Source: Somniosus microcephalus
Taxonomy: Eukaryota
Direction of reading: 5' to 3'
DNA: 64,000 nucleotides
Assembly (NCBI GenBank): GCA_052327205.1
Contig: CM126207.1
Location: forward strand, 249,736,001 to 249,800,000
The notes under the pieces are model-generated. The model saw only the letters and a program-made list of their open reading frames with translations, was not told the DNA's origin and made no database searches. Shown here one piece after another: positions 12,783 to 26,800 of the stretch (positions are counted from its first letter, which is position 1; each line of letters starts with the position of its first letter). The position numbers and the translations under genes were made by a program.

Positions 12783-13670
12783 CTGTGGTCACAGATGAAA
12801 GGGCAGCATTGGAACACGCTCATAACACTAATTGTTGGATTTTTAAAAAGTTTACTGAAAGAATGCTGAACCACTGTTTTGTTCCACTTTATGATATATT
12901 GCATTACAATTTTATCAGATATAATTCTTACTGTATGATGTACTAGGGTTATTCCGTCTCAAAAAGATTAACTAAATAACTATTGAATGATGTTACCAAC
13001 TAACTCTGCGCATAATGAGGAGTTCTCAATTTAATTGCAAACAGGTGCATAACTTGAATGACAACCGAATGGTGAACGAAGAGAGTCAAAAATAAATTTG
13101 TGACGTTTCAATACACTTTTAATTAAGGGCATGTCGGATCTGTACACTAAACAAATGGCATTGGAGCACTAAATGTAGGAATCGGAATATGATGGCCAGC
13201 CCATAAAGCATTTTGGATAGAGCTCAAAACATTGATCATTCATGTTTTATATGAGTGGGACACATACAGGATTTATAATCCCAGAATTCCCTGGAACAGC
13301 ACGATCTGTGACGTATAAATTATGCACTTCCGTGCGTCAATCTTCCCGTTGCGAGCTTACACTGAATTTCCTGGAAGAGTTATTTGAATATGCCGCAGCG
13401 AACATAATTGCAAATTAAGGGACTCAGAAGTGTGCAGGCAATGGCTTAGCCCATTTGCATCAATAAGCTAATTAAGCAGATTAATATTGGCATGACCTGA
13501 ATGATAGAATCCTTTCACTATGCTGAACTCGATCACTTACAGTAAAATTGTTTGCATTTTTGACACATTCAGCTGCTGTATTCAGTTTCCAGGAACATTC
13601 AAAGTTAGGGATTTTTTAATCATTTATTTAGAAGATGCTATTAGTAATTTAAGTTACCCAAAAATTCTCA

Positions 13671-14354
13671 GGGGGCAAAATTCATTAGCGACCATTTTGG
13701 GACGTTAACATCGCCTGGGCGCTAACTTTAGTGCCGGCAGCTGTGAAATTCAGTTCTAACGTCCCAAGAGGGAGGTGGAGCACTAATTCAAGCACGCCAC
13801 TTCCTTCTTAGAGCGCTAACCCCGAATATCTGTAGCGTTACACACTGGGCCACGTAGCGCTGCCGCATGGAAGGGCTCTTCCCCTCATTAAAGGGGAGGC
13901 CCAAGCCCACAACTCTGCGGGGCCCTACCTGGACCACCGGGGAGCAGGGTGCCATGCCAGCAGCCCGGCACTCAAGGGGAGTGCTGGGCTGCCAGGTCGC
14001 AGCACGGACCCTGCGTTCAAAGACGCAACAGGCCGCGGCAAGTAAGTCGGCCAATTTTTTTCCCCCCCTGCCCGCCACCTCCCCTTTAGTTAGTGTCCCA
14101 CAATCCTCCTGCTGCTCCGTTCCCGCCCCCTGAATCGGTCGCCATCATCGCCTGGCGCAGATTCAGGGGGCGTGCGGCAATTTTGCAGGCGGGGCGAAAA
14201 CGGAGCACTGCGCACGCCTGTGCAGCGGCGCTACCGGTTACCGCCACTGCACAACTCCTGCTGAATTTAGTGGGAGTCGTTAGCGGCGCCGCGCCTGGTT
14301 GTTTGTGCCCCATTAGCGCCCCCCGGAGGCGTTTAGGTACCCAATTTCTAGCCC
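13671..14354. mobile_element. PIF/Harbinger-type MITE (GC-rich family)
   Basis: Termini GGGGGCAAAATT / AATTTCTAGCCC; 3-bp TSD TCA (13668-13670, 14355-14357); internal motifs shared with 50302-52478 and 55243-55948. Confidence 0.85.
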
Positions 14355-14578
14355 TCAGACTTTAAAAACCCTAATTTTCATCAATGGAATGTGCAAGGCA
14401 CTTCAGTGCCCCACACCATGCACACAACATATATTAAAGCTAACACACAATTAAGTCTTTTCATGGGTTTTAGCTCAGAATTTAAATATATCAAGAAAGA
14501 GCAGAGATTTTGTTTTATTGTATTTAAATTATTTTGAACACAAATTTAAACACGTTTGCAGATCAAGTAAATTGATGT

Positions 14579-15190
14579 ACATAAGAACATAAGAAATAGG
14601 AGCAGGAGTAGGCCATACGGCCCCTCGGGCCTGCTCCGCCATTCAATAGGATCATGGCTGATCTGAATCTAGACTCACGTCCAATTCCCTGCCCTCTCCC
14701 CGTAACCCCTAATTCCCTTATCTGCTAGGACAATGTCTATCTCCATTTTAAATTTATTTAATGTTGCAGCTTCCACAGCTCTCTGGGGTGGCAAATTCCA
14801 TAGATTTACTACCCTCTAAGTGAAGAAGTTTCTCCTCATCTGAGTTTTGAAAGGGCAGCCCCTTATTCTAAGATTATGCCCCCTAGTTCTAGTCTCACCC
14901 ATCAGTGGAAACATCCTCACCGCATCCACCCGATCAAGCCCCCTCACAATCTTATATGTTTCGATAAGATCGCCTCTCATTCTTCTGAACTCCAATGAGT
15001 AGAGGCCCAACCTACTCAACCTTTCCTCATACGTCAACCCCCTCATCTCTGGAATCAACTGAGTGAACCTTCTCTGAACCGCCTCGAGAGCAAGTATATC
15101 TTTTCTTAAATATGGAAACCAAAACTGCACACAGTATTCCAGGTGTGGCCTCACCAGTACCCTGTGTAACTGAAGCAAGACTTCCCTGTT
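14579..15190 (-). mobile_element. CR1 LINE 3' fragment
   Basis: ORF 14816-15178(-) [11 protein letters not shown]...RRNFFT; tail ACATAAGAACATAAGAA. Confidence 0.93.
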
Positions 15191-18100
15191 AATGATTTAG
15201 CACTTACCTCGCTAGCCCTATTTCAGAATGAACACAGTGATAACTTATTTCTGATGGTGAAATATCAAAGCCTATTTTTATTATATATACATAAAAGTCC
15301 ATTCACATGATTGCAGACTGCAGAGATGAAGCCTCGCAGCTTTTATGGTCCTCCCAGGCTGAGGATCATGTGAGAGTCATAAATCATGTAGATACCAGGT
15401 GACCCAGGGCCCACTTGAGCCATTATTTTTCAGTCTAAGCGGCAACGGCGAGAAAACGAGCGTAAATCGATGAAACTCGCGGTCGCCAACTCACTTGAAT
15501 GGGGCTGAGCTATGACAATGAACTTTTCATGGTTTTGGCGAAGATATCAGTGGAGTGCCGCACAAGTCCCAGGAAATCATGGTGCAGCGGGTATAATGAC
15601 TGGCAAATGAACACAATGCCATAGTTGCACCTCCAGGGAATTCTTGGTGGAGGCGAGACAAGGAAGCAAACTTTTCAAGGCCCTGCACATGTAATAAACG
15701 TACTACCCAAAAATGAGGAGGAATTTGATTTATATGTCTTAGCCTCTGATTTGTCTCTTGGCATTCCATCTATAAAGAGATGTAGTTAGGATGTATAAAA
15801 TAAACCATAATATTTTCTGGGAGACATTTAAGATGTACTTTAACTGTTGCTCCAGATGAAAAACATGACTGAGATTCTCCAGTAACACAAATTAGGTTAT
15901 GAATGCTTTCAGTGATAAATAACGTTTTCAAAACACACCCTACTACAGCTGGGTTTCATTTTTGAATATTGTAATCATCCCCCCCCCGCCCCTCCACTCT
16001 TCCCCCCGCCCGCCCCCAAGTATACAGACGACTTGATCATCGAACCACATTTGCAAAACAAAAACTCTTCTGGAATAAGACGACTAAAATATAAAATGAT
16101 TCAATCTTTATTCAAAATAAATACAAGTGAAGATGAAGACAAAGTTGCATGATTACACAGATCAGACGAACAATCCATCTTTGTATTTTTACTTACATCT
16201 TTTGTCAAACTAACCTTTATTCACACAAGAGGCTATGACCAGATTAAAGGATCTGCAAAACTCAGAAGTCGACAGAATAAATTCAGTGATCTGTGGTTAT
16301 ATTATTCATTCCTGTTTTCAATTGTGAACATGATGGCAGGTGTTTCATTTGATAATTATTTTCTTTGTTAAAAAATTCTCTGAATTAACATTGGAATTTA
16401 TTTAGTAATGGAAAACATTTCTATTCAATTAAAAATCTTATTTTTGTTAACACAGAAAAACCACTTACTGAACAGTTCATAGCTAATGAAATTGCAGAAC
16501 TAGTCAACGTGGATGTGTTTAAACCAACCTGCTGTTTATTTGTTCATGTTTAGTCACCAAAGCTTCTCAAGCTTTAAAATGTCGATAGCATGGATTTGAA
16601 ATTCGATTCAGAAGTCCCACTATCTGTGCATTTCGAAACATTTTCTTACCAAAAACCTGAAGTGTTTCTCAAATGACACATCTATACAAGTTTTAAAACA
16701 TCACAGTGCTTTTGTTAAATGTCTCACATAAGAGATTTACTTCAATGGGGACCCTGCAGATGTCCCACATGTGTACCTTTAATGTTAGGCATATAGTGGC
16801 GAGGTGTGAGAAAACAGTGCAGTTTCTAATTATCTCATATAATAAAATGTTTAACTTCTCTGCTAATAAAACTTTCTTTATAATAACAAACATATGTTTC
16901 GTATCAACATGACTATAATCTCAACCCAGTCAAGTGTTGGTTCTATTCCTTTGAAAGATAATTTTGGATATTCAAGTGGAAAATAATGAAATTATTTCTC
17001 TCTATATATTTTTCCCCAAACATTTTTCTTGTGTTATATTATTACTTGCTGCCACCTGCCATCATATTTTCTTCTTCATCTGGAAAGGCAGGACAGTCTT
17101 CCCCTACAAGCTTCTCCTTAGATCCAGTAAACTTCACCCATGCTTTGCTTGTATATTCCTACAGGACAGAACTGGTGTTTATAACTGCATCTCCCTTCAG
17201 ATAATTACTATGCCTCCAAAAAACGCTTCATTAAGGAAGAACCCACCCATGAAAGGGATCAATTTTGACCATGATTTGAGGCTTGTGAAAAGAAGTTAGG
17301 ATTCAACAGCGAGAGCTACGAGACTTCCAAACGTGCATTATTTAAATTTACCACACATTCACAACATGGAAATGGAACTTATCCGGGAGGCTAGTGAGCT
17401 CAGACGGAATAGTCCACATGCAAAAATATTTGACTGGTATTTCCACCCGAGCTTTCTCTAGAGCTTGCAGTTGGTCATTTCACAGCACATTCAGCGGAAG
17501 CGATAGCAAGCTGATGGGAAGTGAGTGCAAAATTAATGGTGAATGACAATAAACTGATGGGGGACTCAGAGCAAACTGATGGGCAGTGAGTACCAACTGA
17601 TAGGGAGTGAGTGCAAGCAGAGGAGGGGCAGGATGAGGAGGAGAGTGACCTTCCTACATGACAATGGAGCAGCGCTACTGCTGTTGGAGAAGCCAAGAAT
17701 CCTAATGAAATGGTTCCTCCAGAGCCAGCAATACCTCGGTCCGCACACAGCTGAAAGCGGCAACAGCACCGAGAGTAGCCTAACTATAATAAAAGCAATA
17801 TAAGTGGAGTGTGAGCATCTCCAAAAAAATCACCTAAATAGCAGAACTGACAGAGTCATGGAGAATATAATGTAACTTGGAAGGCTAAGTATATGAGACA
17901 ATTACAAAAAATAAAGTATATAATTAAAGAGAATGAGAGAAAGTCAACAGCTTGTTAAGAGGAATATCTCTATCACGAAATATTTACCTGTTCAACTTTA
18001 CTGTATTGGTGCTTTGGTGCCTTCACTATAAGTACTTCCATGAAAAATAGTTGGCACATACTATGCACAGTAGTTGCAATAGTTAATGATGAAATAGCTG

Positions 18101-21100
18101 CAAAAAATATGGAAAACAGAATTACATGTCAAGAATATACTATATTTAGTTTATTATACTGATAACTTGTATAAAATTTATTCAGACTCAAAAATGCTTC
18201 AATAGAAGATTTACAAATTGATAATGTTAGAGATAATTTTCATATTTACCATCATCTTGAAACAACTGTACTCAATCACTACATCATGCAGAAGGGTGCT
18301 CATAAGCCTGAATACCATTGTGCTTTCTACCAAAAAAAATTCAGTTGAAACATCAGGAAAGGATTCAAACTATCAACATATTCTTCCATCAACTTGCCCA
18401 AACATTATCAAATCATAATCACATTTTATGATCTTGCATTTCAGACTACTAACTGATTGCATTAGCAGACATATTTAAGGATTAATTGGAAAAGGTATTA
18501 GAACTTAGGCAAAGCTATTAAACATAAAAGCAAATATGAAGAGTCATCATTGATTTTTAATTAGAAAATGTAAGACACATTTACATTGACAAACATATAC
18601 TAATGAAAAATATGAGAGTCAAATTCTACATCCAAATGATTTTCTACACCATTTCCAAAAGGTTGGTTCACCAATTTTTGACTGATATCTTTTAATATTA
18701 ATGATTATGTTCATAACAATGTGAAAATGCATTGAACAAAATTAGACAACAAAATCATTGCCTTACTCAAAAACATTTTTTTGGCTTTGGCATCACAAAA
18801 ACAAGAATATTTAAATAATTATATCCTTTAAATTATTACATACCAGTTTAACAGGCAGAAATTGTTCATAAAACTGAACATTGATTAACAGACAAAGATG
18901 ACACAGTATAACACCAACTTTAGACTTACTATGGTTGGTTGTATGAAAATTGTGCCACTTTATTTTTGTTTTTCTGAGAAACTCTCATTTTTTTCTTTTA
19001 CCTGTCCAGGCATTTTTTAATTAACTCACCAAGCATTTACTCTAAGCATGATTCACCCTTTTTTTTTATCACAGAGAGGCAAAGTGCGTGCCACAATGAC
19101 CCTGAACAATCATGTAATCAATTTTAAAAATATTCACAAGTGCCTTTTAGGCACTGTGGACGGATAATAATATGCAACTCCACTAATGCTCAAAGGATAG
19201 ATCCGTGAGAATAAAATGAAATTAGGGAAAATGTGATGTTATTGGAGCGCTGTTCACATCTAGACCAGGGATTGGGATAAGGACGAAGTTAATTGCATTT
19301 CCAGATGACAAACCACTCACCTCGGAACTGAATGGCTCTTTATGAAAGCTATCAGTAATAAACTGTAAATCTCGGCTATGATTGCAAATAAAGGTCATGC
19401 CCCTTGTGCTGCTGATGTCCCCTGTCTTATTATATTCCCCGGATCCTTTTCAGTCCTTAAGGTGCCTAAGCTCAAAAAAGCAATCAATACTGAAAATACT
19501 TTTTCCCTTTTTTTTTTCCCTGTGACACCCATCCCTGTACCTTGATAATCATAAATGTCTCATCTGCAAAACAACAGGAATTTCGATGCTTGGGAGAAAA
19601 TCCCTGCAGTGAGGTTTAACCCTCAAATGCCAAGCTGCTAAAAGATTCTGTTAAAAGCAGTTTCATGGCTAAATTAAAATGCACAGCTCATGTGCCCCAT
19701 GCCACGTTCAGCTGATTTAAAAGACGTATTCAGCCCTTCAATCTCAACTGCATAACACACTTGGAATAAAGAGACACCAATACTGTATTCAACATGCATT
19801 TTGTCCAGCAAGTTACAGAATAAGTTACAGGTAGTTTCATCGTAATGTAATTTTATTATGCTGTAAATCTGGTGGGCTTTTGGGGTCTTACAGCTCATGA
19901 TTGATGTGTTGTCTTCTTCTGGTACCACAGCAACAAGCAACTTAGTAATGGGCCTTCCCACAACCGCTTCTTACAGACTACTGCTATAAATTATTTGAGA
20001 ACCGTCCAACATTGTGCCTGTGATGAATTTTGGCAGGATAGTTATAAAAACTTCATACATCAAAAGAGAGGGGCTAGCAATGAAATAAGAGTGGGGGCAG
20101 GTGGGGGGGGGGGATCGACATGGCAATCACAGGTGTGCAGAAGGTTGCAAATGTCCAGCTGGCTGGAAAACACTTAACATTTGTGAATCACAGCAACACA
20201 TTTCTGTTTGATTTTTTTCCCTTTGATATCCCCCCCCCAGCCTACTGACAATAATGAAGCTTTCTCAAAATTATCATGTAAATCAAAGTGATTTGCAAGA
20301 TGCAATTTGTAGATCTAACAATTGATTACAAATTCTGTTGCAGCTCTTTTTCTGCTCCTACCCCCACAAATCAAAGGTTAATTACTTATTTGGATAGTGG
20401 ATTATTATTTAAATTAGAGGGGTTTGTGTTACTACATATACTAATGGAAAAATAAATGTGAGTGTCTACAGCATTATTTAATAGTTACAAATCATAGGAT
20501 GTAACAACAGTTTTTTTTCCCCTTCCTAGTTTTAAAACTGTACATCCAAATCAATGTAATATCACTGCACAGACCAAAAGTGTTTTCAAAAAATAATCTT
20601 TCCATTAACCAAACAATTTTGTGCTTGACTTTGTGATTCCTAGGTTGAAATTATTTTTTAACAGAGGTTGCTATCCTCTTCATAATAGACCCTTCTGTAA
20701 TAGCTAATGAAGGTAATGAAATATGACATGCAGTTTGGCCCCTGACCATGGAATGCTCCCCACTCCCTCAGTATCTTGAACAAAGCCAAAACAGATGTAG
20801 CTACTTTGTGGTTTAGCGCTGACGTATGCTACTAGGCCAGGTCATTAAGTTCCCAGATATTAAAATCTGCACAGTGCAAATGTGCAACGCTCTGATTTAA
20901 CAAGAGACTCTCCCAAACGTTTCTCAATACAGAGGAAAATCAAGTTAATGACATGTCATGGCCGAATCAAGAGGCCTATAATGACGCACAATTCCAAGGG
21001 TTTGTTATTAACACAGCTGCATTGGTAGTCTCAAAATGGCTTGAACATGTGCTGCATCAACATTAAAAGATACCATTAAGACATGATATAGGTACTCCAT

Positions 21101-23812
21101 TGATAACATGCCAGGCTCATGATAATGAAAAAAACAACACAAGGCACTATGTTATAGTACCTTTAAATTTCATTCAGTGTTGCAACCCATATATACTTTT
21201 GTGCACTGGAATAAAAAGGTTCTAAATCTTTAATGTTACACGCTGTGTTCCAGTTTAACACTTCCGAAAGGGGGAAAAAAAACATAACATGCTTCTAATC
21301 ACTGTATACACAGTATTGCTCATGCACCTATGTAGATTTCTGCATGCACTTGTTCTTTTGCAATGTACATGACACATCTCATAAATAAATTATGATAAGA
21401 CATTGCATGGTAAACCATCAATTTACATTTTGCTAATTTAAACAATACCCTGAACTGCAAATGGATACTTGCTGAAAGAATTTAATGCTGCACTGTGGAT
21501 GACCACAAAGCAGGATATAAAACAGATAGAAGAGTGTGAGACATATAAATTATTTCATGTTTCTGTCACCTCCTCAGCTCCTGGAGCACAAGGCCACATT
21601 AAATTTATTCTTTCAAGTGCTTTTTGGGCCCTAGAAAGGCCAGCTATGAAATAATCAATCTATTAAATAAATCACTCCATGTGTTAGTGATTGACATTAT
21701 TGCAAGAACATTAGAAAAAATCAGGATTTATTCTTTTTTGAAACTGTTTATAGCTAAAGAGATGATTTACTGATCCTAAAATGATGCATTATGAATGAAA
21801 CCATAAACAGGTTGAAAGGCGCAGTGTAGTATGTGCAAGCATTTTTTAAGTTGCTCTGATACACATTTCTGCAACAAAAAGACAATGGTACCAGTGAAGT
21901 ATTAGCTAAATGACTACTAAGGTAATATGCCAACATTACCCCTTCCCCATTTGCAGTTTTTTTTTAATGTTTCATTTTAATTGTGGTCACTTATGACTCT
22001 TAATTTAAATGTACGTTAGTCTGCAGCAACAAACGTTGTACAAATATGATATTGAAATTTCCACCAGGCCTAGAACAGCAGAAAGCTTTTCAGTCAGTTT
22101 GAATGTTGCTACTGTGTTATTAGAAACGTAAGCACTAACCCAAATTACAGATTTTACTGTTTGAATAGATTGTATTAATCATAACCACACTGAACATCAT
22201 GTACCCTGTGGCTGTTGTGGTAGTTTTAGTTTCCTCCCCAATATTCAGCAAGCAACAGTATTTTAAGTTTATATTTTATGAATATTTCATTATTGTTGAA
22301 GGTGATTCAGGAACTTTGTTATCAAACCAGATGCTAAATGTTGATTCTTTTTCACAAATTCACATCCAATGGAAAAAAGTTAGACTGATTTAACACGATT
22401 TGACTGTTCGATGCAGTAAAATTAAAAGTAATCGCATTCATTAATTTTAGATTTTTCAGACTGTTTTCACATTATTGGACACAGTAAATAAAAAAGGGAT
22501 TGCTTTTTGCTACGAGTGCTGTCTGAGGCTATTGCAGCATCTCAGCTGTAATAATGTGAGCCCGAGCCCCCACAACAGGCCTCAGTTCTCCAGAATTAAC
22601 CATCATTTTTGGCTGCTCAAATGTCAGTCTCATATCATTCGTAAAATGTACAGAAGGTTCAGGTTACATTTCAAAACCGAGATTTTCTTTCACATCTTTC
22701 TGCCATTTCTACCGTTAGATTTTCTTTACTGAATTTGATACGCATTTTGAATCATCCTTTGCCTGAATAATTTCAACCTAATTTTACAGTGAAAAAAAAT
22801 GTGTGTTTTCCTTCGGACATTTCTGATGTATTTGGTTATGGTTTATTTTTGGATTTGGCATTCAGATTAGAATGTACTAATCACATAACATTGCTGTGGA
22901 AGATGTAAAAATATGTAAATATATTTTCTCAACGCCGAGAGCATTAATGCCCATGCTATCAAAATATTAATTTTGTGATATATGGCCGACAAAATGTTCA
23001 AACACAGAACATAACAGTTCAGCACATGAAGGGTAAGACAACATTTTTGTGGACTGTGATCTTGAAGCATACATATTTGATGTATATTTGTATCCAACGG
23101 CCATCCTTTCCAATTTTGGCTGTGCACTAATATTAAACGAAAGCAGCCGGAAATGTGACAGCCGATATATAAAAAAAAAGATATTTATTCTGTACTGATG
23201 TTGGTACTTTTGCACGTTTAAGCTGTGGTTTACTGCATTTTTGAGTAGAAAATTGCTTGGTATTTAATGCCTCTGACCTATAACCTGCACAGTACACAAT
23301 CCTGCATCCATACTAATACGAGAGTACATGATATTCAGGGAAGATATTCCTTGTGAGCTTTACAAAAAAAAGTAAAGCGTATACAAATCTTTAATAGTTC
23401 CACATCAAAATGGAAACCTAGCTAATAGTGTAATCCATAGCTGGATATTACAAACAGGCACAGCAGATAAATAACACAACAAAATGCTGGCATTAAAAAT
23501 GAGCTCTTCGAGTGCAGAAGATTTGAATCAGTGCTACCTAAGGTTGCATTATATGTATTTAAACTCTATGATAAATCTATTATCACATATAATCTAATTT
23601 CTAAAATGTCTAACCTATTGCTTTACATTTGCAAGCAAAACAATGATTCAGGGAAGTCAGAACACACTTTTATAACAAGGTCAGTATACACCATTATTAG
23701 CTACTAGCACCCGCCAGTGAGCACGTTAATATGCATGTAACACGGAGCCATATTTAAAAAAAAACATGTTACAAGCTTATTCATTTAAAGGAAATACATT
23801 TTTGTTATTAAC

Positions 23813-23848
23813 CATATATATAATATATATGTGTGTGTGTGTGTGTGT
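23813..23848. repeat. (TA)n(GT)9 microsatellite
   Basis: Direct reading. Confidence 0.9.
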
Positions 23849-26800
23849 ATTCATTGCTTCTGCACACTATTTCTATTTTGCATAATAGCTAACAAGAGTA
23901 GGAAAAAAGGTTTAGAAATCAAATCATGAAAACGGCCCTAAGGGTGGCACAAACTATTTCTAATTGTTTGCTTATTGACACCAATTTATCACGGGGCACT
24001 TACTGAATAAAGGTTTCTGCAATACATGACACTTCGTTATGTCAGTTTTTACCTCATGTTACAGCCCACATTCGAAAGAAGTGCTGAAAACTCTCAGACC
24101 AGAAATGAGCAGCCTATTAAGATTTGAAAAGCTGTCATCCAAACTGAAAAGACTTGCGTCAAGCCACAGAGGATATATTTTAACTGCCTGTCCACAAAAC
24201 TTTAATAATGCTGTCTTGCTCTAATGTGTGCGAGAAAGACAATTTTACTTCTTCTATTAACCTGAAGTGATTACAATGACTTGATGGTGTTGCCTTATTT
24301 CATGGAATATTAAGTTCAAATTCTGCTCGCTGTAAGAACGATAAAAGTAACTAGTTACTATATGCCCCCTAAAATAGCCCCAAGTGACACAAATATTTTA
24401 TTCTCCTTGCAAGTATGGTGTAATCTAGGCCTAGCCAAGGAATGGGTTTTGTCAGATTAGCTTTAATAAATTAGGAGCAGTACGTCTGGTTACTGCGTAT
24501 TTTCATATCAGATACAATGTCTAATTCTTTGTTTGGCAATCCGCATATGAATGGAAAGGAGCTGTAAATTTCTTGCATCATAATAAGGCTTTACTTCAAA
24601 TGAAAAGGATATATTAGCAAGGTGGACCACTAGTGTCGTCACTGCTTAGTTCATACCTAGTTTACAGTACCATAAGCTCCTGGTGTAATATATTTGCATT
24701 TTATTGGTGGTGTTTTTTGTGAACTATACTTAAATGCCATTTTTCATAGAAGTCATCATTACCTATAATAAATAAACAAAATGACACTTTGTGTTATTTA
24801 TCATATGAAAGAATGAGGCTTCCATATGTACAAGCAAGGCCATATTATTTTGGCGATCATATGCATATTAAACTGATGATTCAATATTTTCTAATCCTTT
24901 ACAAAGCTGGCTTGTTTTAGGGACCAAATAGCCTCTCAATGTCTACCGTAAAATGACTAAGTTCTTTGCATGAAATGTTGTCCTGGACTCAACTACTGTT
25001 ACATTTCTGAAACAGCCTTGAACTAACCAATTTCATCATTCTCACTTTTTATTTGAAAAATATCAAAATTCACAACACAAAAAAAAGCAGTGCGTTTTAA
25101 GCAAACACATTGTAAGCAATAGACAGGCTGTATAGCAGCCTACATTCCACCAGTTGTGCTTTATGTTGGCCAAAATAATTCATAGACTGTATTTCAATTA
25201 CTAAACAAAATGAATTGGCAAAAAATTAAGGACAGAATCTAACAAATATAAGATTAATATAGAATTATGAAAACGACTGAAATACACAATGAAAGAGATA
25301 GAGTGAGTGGTGGAATTCTTTGATGTCTGGATTCCAATTATACCCCTGACTGAGTTCAAAGAAAAAATGAATAAGGTATATTTTAGAAGGCACTATATGC
25401 ATCTTTGGTCTCAGCACTAGCCCCTTTTTACCCTCATTCCTTTATGATACCCGGTGATGGCATTTCATCTTCCAAATTCTCATATTTGATTCACTGGTTG
25501 ACAAAAAAAACACAAATGCTTTATCAGCTCTCATATTCCCCTCACAGACCATTCACTAGACCCATGAAAAAAATAATGGGATGAATGAGACTACCATATA
25601 CAAGCTTCATAATTTTCACACTAATTCAAACAAGTGCAACAAATGTGAGCCATTAAATACAATGCAATCTATTGCATCGACCAGGAAAACCCTTGCAGCT
25701 TCAGTCACTAAAGTGAAGCATATATTTACACTAAAATCTAAAAATATACCTTTACTAAAAATTTATTTTTCTATTAATAGCGCACATTACATTAATATAT
25801 AATCAAACCGAACTAGGAAATTACTATTTGGTGAAATAATATGCAGAACCTCAAAAAATTAAACGATGCACCACAAAATACCCATTTTATAAATATGTAA
25901 TGGTGCAGCATAATGCACATTAAAGATTTCAACAGAAATATTTTACCTATTAATATATCAATTACATTTTAATTTTTATACTTTATAATTCTGTCAAAAA
26001 TTATTTCTTAAATTTATTTTAATTCAAAATATAAATTAGCATGCAACATCAAATCTAAAGTGAATCTGGAGTTGACAGATAATGAGCCAATCATCTTTAA
26101 GCTGCAAAGATGCTATGTTGTACCTTTTTTTGGGGTTAAAATTCATTAAAGGCATTCATTTATTTTTGTCAGTTGATGACCAGCATATCGCACATTTTAG
26201 TAAAAGCAAAAATTGCGAATATTCTCAAATAGTATAGTTGCATTATAGCCATTTAATCCTGTAAGGAACAAATGCCAATGCCTCCATTTTGTAGGTTGCT
26301 TCTCTATTTCAAATTAAATAAAGGAAACATATTATTTTATGTTCATTATTTAAAAATAGTGTCTCGCTTAACATTCATTAAGATCTGACTTAATGTTTAT
26401 AAAAATATGATGATAAATATAGTAAAACTTTAATCAAATAGTAAGGAAATTTATCAGATTGGCTTTTAACACAAAAGGATGATCACAGCAGCCAAGTTTA
26501 GTAAGCAATAGAAGTAGAAATAGCCCTACAAAATAGATAACAAGGGCATGCTTTTTACCTCAGAACTAAAGCATGGCATGCTAAAGCAAGTAATGAAATT
26601 ATTGCTCGCTGAATAGGACAATTCCTACTCATACCGAAGACTGCCACTATAAACCATAAAACACTAACTGAAGGATTATCAAGAATTTCTTATTTAACTA
26701 CAGAAACCATTAGACTGAAAGAACTATAGGAAATAAATGACATTAATTTAACGAATGGAAAAGGTAAATCCTTTTTTGACCTCATCCCATAGTCCAGGAA

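Noticed and set aside
15407-17820. GC-richer patches at about 15407-15683 and 17253-17820 as discrete elements
   Set aside because: Probably decayed DNA-transposon remnants, but termini and TSDs are too degenerate to call
18746-18768. ACAACAAAATCA complementary to the 3' half of miR-7 (Cyrano-like site)
   Set aside because: The seed match GTCTTCC is absent; a 12-nt A-rich match is plausible by chance
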